Source of the DNA: the human T2T-CHM13v2.0 reference genome, Homo sapiens | Strand: one strand, 5' to 3' | Assembly: GCF_009914755.1 (NCBI RefSeq) | Contig: NC_060935.1 | DNA: 64,000 nucleotides | Part shown: positions 1 to 16,000 of the stretch, one piece after another | Layout: every line of letters starts with the position of its first letter | Numbering within the stretch: position 1 is the first letter of the stretch | Position numbers and translations under genes: made by a program | Notes under the pieces: generated by a model | Database searches by the model: none | The model's input: only the letters and a program-made list of their open reading frames with translations | What the model was told of the DNA's origin: nothing

Positions 1-1150
1 AATTCTAGATTCGCAAATAAATTTTGTAATGCCTATAACATATAAAGGATTACTGCTACTGCTAGTGATACACATAATATAAAAAATCACAAATTACCCA
101 ATTAAAAAATGGACAAAAGATATAAGCAGGCCATTCAGAAAAAGCAATTTCAAATAGACAAGTCAATAAACATGAAAGACACTCAACCTTCTAATGAGGA
201 AAATGAAAGTAAACTAAAAATGGATTATCACATTACAGCATCCGATTGGCAACAATTAAAAAAATTAATAACATAGTTGGATGGGATTGAGAGAAAAGGG
301 GATCCAGTCAGACAGCGGGGGGCATTGGTCCCCCATTACCCTCACAGTAAAAGCCAAGGTGTTCACAATGGTTTCCAAAGTTTTCTATGGTCTACCCTTT
401 CCCCTACCTCTTTGACCTCATCACTTGCTCATGCTTTTCATGGCTACCTCCTTCATATTGTTGCTTGGACACGCACACAGCTGCTCCTGCTTTAGGGCCC
501 TCACACTAGCTATTTTCTCTGCCAAGGCTATTCTTTCCTGTCTTACTCAAGTCTTTGTTCAAATGGAGTCCAACGAACCTTGGGCATCTCTACTTAAAAT
601 TGCAACTGTTCTCCCTCTCTGTCCCCTAACATTCTGTACTCCGTATCTCCCTTCCCCTCTTTCTTCTTTTTATCTTTTAAAATTATATTATATATAATTA
701 CATGGCATTTATCATCTTCCATGACCCTATATAATTTAGTTATGTTACATTTATTGTCTCTTTCTCTACTTCTCCCATGTAGAATATAAGTTCTAAAAGG
801 GCAGAGATCTTTGTTTTGCTCAGTAATATAGGTCAAGCATTAAAACAATGCCTGGCACCAATAGCTACCCAATAAACAGTTTCCATATGAGTGAATAAAA
901 GAAAGAATGAATGGACGAATGAAAGAATGAATTAGTTTTAAGAGGAAAAAATTGTGTTCTGTTGTAAAAAGTTATTGCCTTAATCTATTTTATATTTTAA
1001 AGGAAAAAAGTAACTTACATTGTATTAGTCTGAAATCCCGATTTCAAATGAAGATATGATAAGACCCAGAAATATGACTTTCTTTCGGGAGAGAATCTCT
1101 AAATGAAAAAAATCATATGAGATCAGGCTTTATATGTACCATCAAAATCC

Positions 1151-1193
1151 TAATTAAATCAGCCCTAATCCAATCACAACTCTAATCCAACTC
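1151..1193 (+). promoter_or_regulatory. Cluster of DUX4-type double-homeodomain motifs (putative enhancer)
   Basis: TAATTAAATCA (1151-1161), TAATCCAATCA (1166-1176) and degenerate TAATCCAACTC (1183-1193), all in the same orientation; DUX4 consensus is TAAYYYAATCA. Confidence 0.55.
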
Positions 1194-1634
1194 TCTCCAT
1201 CTCTTCCAGTTGAATCACTGTCTCCAATTCTACTAAACTCTCATTTACCAAGTTATTGGCCCACAAAATGTGAACATTTTGCTTAAAAATGTTTCTTTGT
1301 GGCTTTTAAATAGGAATACGAAAAAAAAAATGCCCACATGTCAGAAATTACATTTTAAAATAAAGTAACATAAATAATGAAATCTACTTCAAATTTTTAA
1401 CCTGAAAATGACACATTTTCTAATATAAAAAACTAGTGCTTTCTTTGATGTTTTGACAAGTGAGAATATAAAAATAAAGTGTCTAGCCCTCTACCAACAA
1501 AATCTTGATTTTAAATGAAGACATTCTAGGGCTTAGAGAGATTATTTCCTGGAGACAGCCTCCAAATGAAATATCATTTGCTGATGGTCCAGACTGGGTT
1601 ACTGGATAATGTCATAAGTTACTCACCTCTCATC

Positions 1635-1645
1635 TAATCTAATCA
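1635..1645 (+). promoter_or_regulatory. Perfect DUX4 consensus motif
   Basis: TAATCTAATCA, about 460 bp from the 1151-1193 cluster and in the same orientation. Confidence 0.45.
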
Positions 1646-2198
1646 CATAAATACCTCACCAGCTGACCAGTGTACTACTGCGAAGACAATTAAAATCAAA
1701 CATATTAAAAATAGTTAAAACTAAAAAACTAAAATGTAGAAAATAGAGATAGAAAAAGACATGCCAGGCAAATTCTAATTTAAAAACCTTGATGTAGCAA
1801 TGTTAGTTAGCAAAAGTATTCTTAGGTTGAATAACATTAATAGGGACAAAGAAGTGCATGTATTATATTACGAAGAAAAATCCACTAGGAAAATTACTAT
1901 CGGACATGTATGCAGCTAATGACATAACTTGAGAAAATATGAAGCAAAAGTAAGAAAAAGTGACAAATCTAAAATCATGGTGGGAATTTTTTTAAGATAA
2001 ATTTCTCTCAGACGAGCAGATCAAGCAAACAACAACATTGATCTACTATATAAGTTATATGTGTGTACATATATGTGTGCATTATATATGTATGCTTATT
2101 GTATTTCTATGTGCATGTAAAAAGTTCACTGTAATCAGAGCAGAATATATATTCTTTTCAATAAACATTGAATATTTACAAAAAGTAATCAAGTATAA

Positions 2199-2567
<369 letters not shown>

Positions 2568-2779
2568 TGATAATAGTCTTGCCAATTTTTAAATTTTATA
2601 TAAATGTTCAAAATGTTTATGTAAATGAATATGTATTCCTTTATGTTTTTGCTTTATTCCTCCCACTTAATGTGTGCTATCTGTAGCTCTGATATACTAT
2701 TTAGAGTTTCATTGTATAAAAATACACACCATAACTTGTTAATTCTAGTAATTATCTTTTCGTTGTAGTGATAATTGCA

Positions 2780-5300
2780 AATAATGCCACAATGAACATT
2801 TCTGTAAATGTGCAAAGGTGCATGTGTGTGCATTTTTCATATATATATTTCATCAACAGGAGATGAGAGTTCTTGTTCTATAATCTCACCACACTTGATT
2901 GTCCGGCTTTTCAATTTTAGCTCATTTGGTGGGTATATAGTGATATATCATTGAGGTCTCAGTTTGCATTTCCCTGATTATTAATTCACATGTTAATTGT
3001 CCATTTGGATTTCTTCTTCTGTGAGGTATCTGTTTAAATCTTTCTATTGAATCATCTTTTCTTTATGGATTTCTATGATTTCTTAAGTTTAGGCATAGTT
3101 CTCTGTCACTTATTTGTGCTGCATATACAATTTGCCACTTCTCTGCTTCTCTTTTTGGAACCACTTTTAGAGTGGTTCAATTATCATTCTTTTCCTTTTT
3201 GCTTAATGCATGGTATTTCTTGATTATGAATGTCCCTACTTGGGAAGTCATAATGATATTCTCAGGTATTATCTTCTAAAGGTTTCATAGCTGCACATGA
3301 AATTCATTTTTGTGCGTGGCATGCTGGAGAAGGGGCCTTGAAATCCGATGGAGCAGATATTCTTACCTTGTCCCACTTTTATAAGAGTGGCTTTGCTATT
3401 CTTGGCCCTTTGGACTTTACTATAAAATTCAGGAGCCAATTGTCAAGTTCCACAAAAATACTTTTGGAATTTTAATTGTGATAATATTTAATTTACAGAT
3501 TAAGAAAACATTCTTAAAAATGTAATGACATTTTTACAATACTAAGTCTTCAAATCTATTAACAGGTTATATTTTTCCATTTGTTTAGGATGTCTTTAGT
3601 TTATATTAATATGCTTCTCTAAGTACATTCATATTGTTGTCTTCATAGAAATTTTGCAAATTTTTGTTAGCATTAGTCTTGTTACTTAATGCTTAATGCT
3701 ATTATAAATGGCGTCTTCCTTAAATTTTGGTTGTCTCATTGTTGCTGGTGTGTAGAAATATCATTGATTTTTATATGTAGCTATTTTAAATTCAGAGAAC
3801 TTGCTAAGCTCTCTTATTAATTCAAAGGGTCTATTCAGAGATCTTTCAGATTTTGTCACATGTACAATCATGTCATCTGCCAATAGTGACAGCTTTGTTT
3901 CTTCCTTTTCTGTTTTCCTTCTTTTTTCTTTGCCTTCTTATGTTGGTTAGGACTTCCAAGATAATGTTGAATAAAAATGCTGATAGCAAGCATCCTTGTC
4001 TTTTTCCTGATCTGCAAGGGAAAACGTATAACTTTCATTATTAAGTATGATTTGGCTGAAGGTTTTGGATAGATGCACTTCATTAAGATTTTTGCCTACT
4101 ATTTTTAATTTGCTGAAAGAATGATGAATTGATGAATTTTATCAAATACTTTCTCTGCATCTAATGAGATTCTCTTTAGTTTGTTAATATGTGCTATTAC
4201 ACTATTATTTTTTAAAGTTTCATCCTTTCATTACTGGAATAAACCCATCTAGGTCATGATGTATATATTGCTGGAATCAATTTGCTCAGATTTCAGTTAG
4301 GATTTTTTCATCTATGTTCATAAGCGAGATTGACCTATTTTCTTTTCTCATAGTATCCTTGTTGGGGATTCGTACCATAAAATGAATTGGGAAGTATTCT
4401 TTCTTTTTCTATTCTCTGAGAAAATTTATCTAAGATTGGAATATCTTTCTTGAATGTTGACTAAAATTTCTTGGTGTAGCCATCTGGGCCTCGAGTATAT
4501 TTTCTGGGAAGAGTTTTACCTACTGCGTCAGTGTCCTTGAGGGTTATGGATATATTTATTGTTCTGTTTATTCTTTTGTCAGTATCACTGTTATATTTTT
4601 CTAAAAATGTATTTACTTCATTGAAATGTTAAACTGTATTGGCATAAAGTTGTTTATACTTCTTTGTTGTCTCTTTTATGTCTGCAGCATCTGTAGTGAT
4701 GACTTCTTTATCTTTGTTGATATTGGTTATTTGTGCCTTCTATTTTTGTTCTTCCTCATTTTCACCAGTCTTTTAAATTTTATTAGACTTTTTTAAAAAA
4801 GCCCAACTTTTGGTTTTGTTCATCATATTTTATATTGGCTTTTTATTTCATCAGTTTCTGGTCTCTTATTATTTCTCTTCTTTTTCTTTCTTTGCTGTTA
4901 CTTTTTTCTGACTTCCTCAGATGGGTGCTTAGCTCATTTAGTTTTTTTAACCTTTTTCCTTTTCTTAAATATTTATTTAAATTTATAAATTTCCCTTTTA
5001 ATGCTATTTACCTGCATCCTACAAGATTTGAAATGTAGTATTTTCATTTAGTTCAAAATATTTTCTAATTTCCATTTTTTATTTTCTCATTAAAAATTTA
5101 TTTAGAAATATACTTTTTATTTTATAAATTTGGGAATTTTTTAGTTATCATTTTGATATTACTAACTTCATTGTTTGTGGTCAAATAACATATTCTGACT
5201 GTTCTCAACCGTTTGACATTTGTTAAAGCTTGTTTTATGGCCACAGTTATGGTTAATTTTGTAAATTTTTTATAGAACTTGGAAAAATATATATTCTGCA
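2780..5300 (-). mobile_element. Degenerate ancient L1 (L1M) fragments, antisense
   Basis: T-rich with antisense L1 ORF2/3' motifs (tttgcatttccctgatta, catccttgtctttttcctgatct, ggaataaacccatctaggtcatgatgtat). Confidence 0.65.
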
Positions 5301-5559
5301 GCTCGGCAGAACTGAATTTTATATGACTATTGCTTTTTAACTGCTTGATCAGTAGGGTCCAGGTTTATGCCTGTCATCCTTGGGTCTCTGTTATTCTCAA
5401 AAGTGTCTCAGCTTAGAAGGTAAATGATAGGATATAATTAATGTCAAAGTTTAGAGCCACTCTTATTAAAATCTTAGATGAGTATAGAATTTCTACCAAC
5501 TCAGTCAACATTCAGCATTTTGCTAGAGATCATATCTAGTTACTTAAGACTTCCCTATT

Positions 5560-7200
5560 TCTAAAAAAAAAAAAAAAGAGACATGACTATTAAAAAAAGA
5601 AGAGATATAATTTTTATGATTTTTTCCTAGAAAATATTATCTACGTGGAAAATTCTAGAATTAATGGCCAAGCTAATAGTACTAATAGGAAATAAGAGGT
5701 ACAAGGTTTGAAAAGGGATGTAAGATCAATAAATAATAAGAAAACTTAATAGAAAAAAATTTCCATGTACAGTACACTCAAAAAATTATAAAGTTCCTAA
5801 GGTTTTATCTAAGAAAACAGATTCATTATCTTTTTGATGCAAATCTGAAGCTTCATTGATATACATGCAACAAGATCTGAATAAATGTATAAATATACCA
5901 GTTAATTGGTGGGAATGATCAATGCAGGAGCTATGAAAATACACCTCTAATTTTCCTTTAATTTCAATGCATTCCCAATTTAAATTAACAGTATTTGACA
6001 GAACCTGACAGATTTATTCTAAAATGAATACTGAAGTTTTACTCTATAAATATACCCAAGATAATTTTGAAAAAAGTTGAATAAGTACATGGAGACTTGC
6101 CTTACCAATTATCCTAAGTATAAAGCTTTAGTAATTAAAACAATCTAACATTGGCATAGAAATGTACAAATAAATAAATGGACCAGATGAAGAGTTTAGA
6201 AAGACATCTATCCTTACATTGTAACTTAGCATATGTGAGAAAAGGATTCCAACTGAATGGGGAAAATGGTGGCAAACAACTGGATTTCTTAAAAAAAAAA
6301 AAAAGTTCTGTTTCTTACAATAACACACAGTATTCTAAATAGGCAAAACAAATAAAAGTGAAAAGCAAAGAAAACAATGACAAGAAAATATGATCTTTTT
6401 GACCCCCAAAGAATACATGGATTACTTAAATAGTACACAAAGGCACAAATCATAATGGAAAAGATCAATAAATTTGACTACATTTAATTTTTTCAAATAT
6501 CAAAAAAACATAAACAGTAAATGGAGGTGGTGTGCTGAGATAAGTTATTTGCAACAATACAATAGACATAAAATTATCCCAAACATTTAAAGAACTTTTA
6601 AAAATCACTAGAAAAAGAAAGCAATTTAACTGGAAAAAATCGGCAAAAGGTATAACTGGTAATTCAGAAAACCGAAACCCACAAAAGAAATAAATCAGTG
6701 AAAAATTACTTGACTTCACCAGTAAACAAGTCACACAATAATAACAACAACAACAACAACTACAATAATAAAATAAAAGGAGATAAATCATTTTACCAAA
6801 TTGCCAACAACTGAAAAGTTGACATTATCAAATGCACCTGGAGGTGTGGAGCAACAGAAACTCCTATTAGTACATAGGTTTATTAGGATAGCCACTAGGT
6901 AGAGCAATTTGACATTGCCTAGTAAAATTAAAATGTTGTTTCTTTATCATTTAGAAATGATAATTCAAAGTATCTACCCTAGATAAATTGTCACATATAA
7001 GAAAGAGAACACACACAGCACTGAAAGTAATAGGAAACACTGGAAGTAATGTAAATACCCACCAATAGGAAAGTGCAATAATAAAATATATTTTTATAAC
7101 AGACCATATATAGTGTATGTATGTGTATGTATGTATATATACATATGTGTACCTATGCATATGTGCGTGTATGTATATATGAATATATCTTGAAACTGTT
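5560..7200 (+). mobile_element. Degenerate ancient L1 3' fragments
   Basis: A-rich with L1 3' motifs (aaatggaccaga, aagatcaataaatttgactacat, gtggagcaacagaaactc). Confidence 0.6.
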
Positions 7201-7230
7201 AATGTTGAATTTAAAAATTGCAGAAAATGA

Positions 7231-7531
7231 GGCCAGGCACAGTGGCTCATGCCTGTAACCCCAGCACTTTGGGAGTCTGAAGCTGGCAGATTGCTTGAGC
7301 TCAGGAGTTTGAGACCAGCCTGGGCAACATGGCAAATCCCTGTCTCTACAAAAAATAGAAAAATTAACTGGGCATGGTAGCCTGCGCCTATGGTCCAAAC
7401 TACTTAAGAGGCTGAGGTGGGAGGATGGCTTGAGCCTTGGAGAGGGAGGCTGCAGTGAGCCAAGACTGCACCACTGCAGTCCACCCTGGGCAACAGAACC
7501 AGTCCCTTTCTCATAATAAATGAATAAAAAT
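7231..7531 (+). mobile_element. Alu (AluJ-like) with target-site duplication
   Basis: Starts ggccaggcacagtggctcatgcctgtaa; flanking TSD aaaaattg(c/t)agaaaatg. Confidence 0.93.
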
Positions 7532-7591
7532 AAAAATTGTAGAAAATGGGCATATTTAGCCTAAAATTATTTATATGAAATAAAAATAGCA

Positions 7592-7915
<324 letters not shown>

Positions 7916-8119
7916 TTATTGATGGACACCCAAACATGGACAGTGTAGCCTATTCATGACTGTAGTTGCTTATAGGCAGGGGGAGAGAGAACAGGATTTA
8001 AGATTCAGATCAGAGAAGGAATCCCATTTCATCTGAAATATTTATTTATTTCTACTTAAAAATACTTGTAGCAGGAGCAAGATTTTTAATGGATATCTGT
8101 TTTTACTACTTTATGCAGC

Positions 8120-10350
<2,231 letters not shown>

Positions 10351-12768
10351 AAAACTACTTGAAGCAAATTTGATAAAATATTAAGGTTTCAGTTCTGGCT
10401 GGTTGGAATGCAGGTTTTTGTTTCTCAAAACAAAAACTCGGACACCACAAATTTGGGCCCCAATATCAAAGGAGATAAACATATAAATGTAGAGTCTTTT
10501 CATTATAGTCTTATCTTCAACTACTGACAGGTGCCCCCATCTTCAAAGGAAATGAATAGGTTCCTGTAGGAGCACTCTCAGTGATGCCTACCAGTCATAC
10601 ATAGCAAACGCAACTCTTCAGTGCCTGACTCAAATACAAGCCAAGAATAACTAGACATACGAGGAAAACGTTTAACATGAAAGACAGAAACAAAGACATT
10701 GTGGAAGGGCAAACTCAGAGGAAACAGACACAATGTAGAGAGCAAATAAAACTTAAAAATTCTTATAATACTTAGAGAAGAGAAAATCTGCAGCCATGGA
10801 AAATTTCAGAAATATATGATGAAAGGAATATTCAGAGAACAAAAAAAATTCCTGGAAATTAAAAATAATTGCCAGAAGGTTTGGAAAATAGTAACAAAAG
10901 AAAAAGCATTAGGAAATGGAGAGTAAAGAAAATTAGAGGATCAATCAAGAGGTTGCTGTCTAACAGTATTTGCTGTCTACTGGTATTTCCAGAGAAGGAG
11001 AAAACTGAAAATATAGAAAGGAATGCCAAAGGAATAATGTGAGGCAATTTCACAGCAAGGAACAACATGAGTTTCTATATTGAAAATTCTAGCACAATGA
11101 TTGACAAAGAAGACTTACCAATTATATCTTAATGAAATCTTAGAAAACAAGGAACAGAAGAATATGCTAATACTGTTTAGAGAGTAAAGACAGATTACAA
11201 AAAGGAACAGAAAACAGGTTTTGGATTTTTGGAAGGTAGAATTCAGCAGAACAATGTCTTGAAAATCCTGAAAGAAAAGCATGAGGATAGAACAAAGACA
11301 TTTTCAGACTCAGACATGCATACTTTGGGAGAGAGTTGTGATATTTGTGGCCATCAAATAACTTTAAATTCCCTTTTTATTTTTCGGTAAACCTCCAACT
11401 TTATGACCCCTGCCTCATCAAGGTCAAAGCCGGAACTCAATTATCCAGCACCTATTGCAGTGAAGACATAGAGATATGACCTAGACTCTTCCAATCAGAC
11501 ATTCCCATGGAGGACTATAATGTAAAGAAATATGAGGAAGTAGATTTCATGAAGGATCTGTTCCTGGAGAAGGGCAGTGAGAGACAGTGACCTTTCAGAG
11601 GCAGCAGTAGCTTAGACTCTAATTGGAAATGTCCCTTGCCCAGAGTCTTTGGTGTCTTTGACCAGAGGATATATAGGAATATCTAACTATTGTTTGTTGG
11701 GTAATCTGGATATTGTTCCTGGATACACAGGCTCCAATCCCTAGTCTCTGGTCCTGCTGAAGATTCTGTGAGCTACTTAATAATCTCTAATGAAGCTTCT
11801 AAGGATGCTTCTGGTAGATATGCTTTACCAACACAAGGGAGTAAACCAGGAAGGAGACTTGAGATGGGGGGAATCAGGATCTAACATAATAGAGAGGGAA
11901 AGGGAACCCCCAGGATTACAATGACTAGAAACCTCAAGATGCACGTCATGCAACAACCTGAAGACTCATCAGTCTAGATTTAAGTAAGCATCTGAGGGCT
12001 CCAGTAAGAATATTTCTGAGAAAAGAAATCTGATTCAGTACCAGATGTGTTTTATGCATTTAGAAGAGATTTACCTTTCTGGAAATGAATCTGGGAATGA
12101 ATTAATATAAAGTGTAAAGCCAAGCAAATGAAAGAATGAGACAGTTATTAACTGCAGAATAAAGAAAAATTTATACATGTATATAGAATTCACTTTAAGC
12201 CAAAGGGGATTTTTTTAAAAAGCTAAAAAGGTTATTGAGTAGTTTACAGAATCTCTGGGAGAGTCCATGTAAGTCCAAACTTACATGCTACTCAAGACAT
12301 GTATTTAAAATGTATTGACAGTCCAAAGAAGCATATATTAGATAATTCCTTAAAACTCAATGGAGTGGTGTGTCCTTGTAGATGGATTCAGCAGGAAGAC
12401 TTCTGGCTCCTGCCTCTCTCTGCTGCCAGATACCACTGTTACTGCTGCAGTATCCATGCAACAGATGAAAATAAAGATGATTTGAATGAGGTTAATAATC
12501 CCATGTTCAATTTATTATATGTCAGAATGAAATAATAATGCTGCACTTAAGATGCTGGATTTAAAGGCCAAGTCCCAAACTTTGGGTTTTATGTCACAGT
12601 TTATGCTGTCCATGCCTGATACTTGCTGCCGTGTGTCTTTCTCCTTTATATCCACACTCCTCTAGATGTTCATAAAAAGAAGTCCACACCAAATATTGGC
12701 ATTTGTAGGCACAAAAGGTACAGGAAAAGTTGCCCTTTAACCTTCTTTCTCTCTCTCTCTCTCTTTCT

Positions 12769-13073
12769 TTTTTTTTTTTTTTTTTGACAGAGTTTCACTC
12801 TTCTTGCCCAGGCTGGAGTGCAGTGGCGTGATCTCAGCTCACTGCAACCTCCGCCAGGTTGAACCTCCCAGGTTCAAGTGATTCTTCTGCCTCAGCCTCC
12901 CAAGTAGCTGGGATTACAGGCCACCACCACGTCCAGCTAATTTTTGTATTTTAAGTAGAGACAGGGTTTCACCATGTTGGCCAGACTGGTCTTGAACTCC
13001 TCACCTCAGGTGTCCCACCCACCTCGGCCTCCCAAAGTGCTGGGATTACAGGCGTGAGCCACCACGCCCAGCC
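12769..13073 (-). mobile_element. Alu (AluS-like)
   Basis: (CT)n and poly-T, then gacagagtttcactctt ... gagccaccacgcccagcc. Confidence 0.95.
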
Positions 13074-16000
13074 TTACCTTCCTTTTCTCATGCAGCTTAT
13101 GAGGAAAGGTCTGTCAAAGCTTTTGGGTCAGAGACATGCAGATATTTTGGAGAGAGAAGCAAGCACATCTCATGGAAGAGACTTATTCCCTTAAGGCAAG
13201 TGCCCATTAGAGATGAAAGCTGCTTGTCAAGTAAGACACATTCTGGAGAGCTGCCACCTCAACAGCTTGTATTAAGCACCAAATAAATGTAGCACTCATG
13301 GAGTATAGAAGATAGAATTCTCACCAAGGTCTGAGGTTGGTATAGAAGGAACCCTGATGTAGGAGAGCCTCAGATTGGTCTGGAAGGCAGAGTTTATAAC
13401 TTAGAAAAGAGAAGGAAGAGATAAGTGAAGCAAGGGAAGAAAAGCATAGAGTCAAGGACAGTGATTAGGACCATTTGACTGGAACTACGTTTGTATAAGA
13501 AAATTGAGAGAGAAATTTGGGAAACAAGAAGCAATAAAGATGTGGTTTAAACACAATCATTTACTTTGTTCCCTTTCCAAACCTCACTAAAGTGACAGTA
13601 ACAGGATTTTTGTTTTAAGAAATGAACTTACAAAGACAGAAAATGGTAAAGGAAAACAGGTAGTGGCCAGTTTTGGAAATTGGAAAGCAGATGGACAAGT
13701 GTAAACTGATTTATCAAACACTGGAAAGTTGAGTCCTAAATTGGCAATGAGGAAAGCCAAGAAGCAACACAATTGTCTCTACAGAACCCAAAAGGCTTAG
13801 GATGTCATGGCATTAGGTACCTCTGGGAGTGACAGTTAAAATGAGGCTAAGGAGAATTTGTTGAAATCTGTCTAACAAAACAGAGCCCTAGGTTCCCACC
13901 CTCCTCTAAGCAGCTGGATAAACTGCCCCTCTTACACCCTGGCAGAAGATTGAGCTTCATTTTTTCTAGAGTGAGGAAAAAGGTGGCCTCTGGACTGGGA
14001 ATTTCCAGATACTTTTGAGAGTGTGGTTGTCATAGGGAAAATAAGTTGATAAAGTGAACTGTACAAGTAGGGTACTTTTAGAAATGTGTAGCCTCTTTTG
14101 CCATTTGGGAGGGAAGTCAGACCTGTACTCTCCAGGAGAAAGACTGAAGCATCTTTTGCATTGAATATGACCAGCTCTAGAAATATCATTGTTAGGAGTT
14201 CACCTAGGAAACAGCCCAGTTAGAATATCATTCAGGGAAGCATAATCACTAAAACAATTCATGTACCCTGAGCTTCTACTCTGCCTTTTTTGTGCTGTAC
14301 TTTTTTATATAAGGCAATTACTAAAGGCTACCAGACATGTGAGGAAAGCCTTAAATATGAAAGAGACCAAAGCAAAAAAAAGAAAGAAAGATAAAAAGGA
14401 CAAAAGTCAATTTCAAAGAAACAGACCATGCAGGGAGAAAAACAAAACAGAATTTCAAAAACCATTGAGATTTTAGTATTTCTAGAGAGGTAAAAGAAGA
14501 AATGCTCCCATGAAGCAAGAATAAGACAATAAGAAAGAAAAGCAATGTACATACATGCAGGAACTCTCAGGTAACAGAAATGATCACTGGAAATTAAAAA
14601 TTTGATTGGAGAAATGAAAAAGACAGAGAAAGGAAGTTTAGAGATAAAGATGAAGAAATTTTTTAGAAGATAAAATATAGTGATAAAGGAATAGAAAACT
14701 TGGGGGAGGGGAAAACAGGTGAACATTAGAGGTCTAATCCATGAAAGGTCCAATATCTAAATAAGAGGAGTTAATACACAGACGAAAAGGAGTAGAGGAA
14801 ATCAAAGAAAGAACTAAAAAAAAAAAAATCCTAAAATTAAAGAACTTCATTTTTGAGATGGATAAAATGTAAGAATATGGGTTCAAAAAAAGCTTCTATA
14901 AACGTTGATAGAGAGACAAACAACCTAAAATAAACAACACACATAATGAACAGGTCATCTGTAAAGAACCAAGAATCATATTCATATCCTCTTCATACTC
15001 ATGCTCACACCAATACCCACACAATAATTTCAAAAGTTAATAACCCCCCCTCTCCGAAATACAGAATTAAAGGTATAATTAAAATCAGAATTAAAGGTAC
15101 AATTAGCATATACAAAGGAAAAAACTATAGGATAATATTTATCTCCATCTAGATGAAGAAGTATTATAACTTTCTAAACATGAAAAACATGAAAAATATT
15201 ACAAAGGAAAATAAAATATTGTAAGTCAAAAACATTTTTGTTAAATAAATTTAAAGAAATACAAGTTAAATGACAAACTGGCAAAAAAACTATTAACATA
15301 TCTAACAAAAGGGTTTAATATGTAAAATATTCATGTAATTAATATGTAAAATGTTTATATAAGTAGGTAAGAAAACACCCTGGGACCCTATTAGAAAAAA
15401 ACAGGCAAAGGATATGAACCAATACATAAGATGAAATCCAAAAGACTAATATTTATGAAAAAAATCAAAATCAACCTTAGTCGTTGTCCAAGAAATGTAA
15501 ATTAAAACTTGATCTAACTTTTTAACTTACCAAAATTAGTAAAATATATATTTTTTCAAAGTAAATTTGATCAGTGTTCAGGATGTAAAATATATTTTTT
15601 CTTTAAAGTTTTGGCAACGTGTATTAAAGATCTTAAAATATTTAAATTCTATAATGTAATTTCATTTATAAATATCTAATCTAAGAAATTTCATTCATTC
15701 AACCAATATTTTACGGGATGTACTGTTTTAGATACTGAAATACGGACTACATATTTAAGTAAAAGTGATTAGTAATAATCGTGCAAAAGTAAAAACAAAA
15801 TAGCTGTCCAATAATACAGGATAAGTTTAATCACTTGTCTACACAGAGTAGAATTTTTTCAGTTATCAAATATATTATGCTTATAAATTATTTTAAATAA
15901 GTAGTAGATTTTCTAACTGAGAAAAAAATTTGATTAAACATAGCATTTAGATATTGACTGTCAGAAGAAACAAGGGCTGATGTCTGAGGCATTTTGTTAA

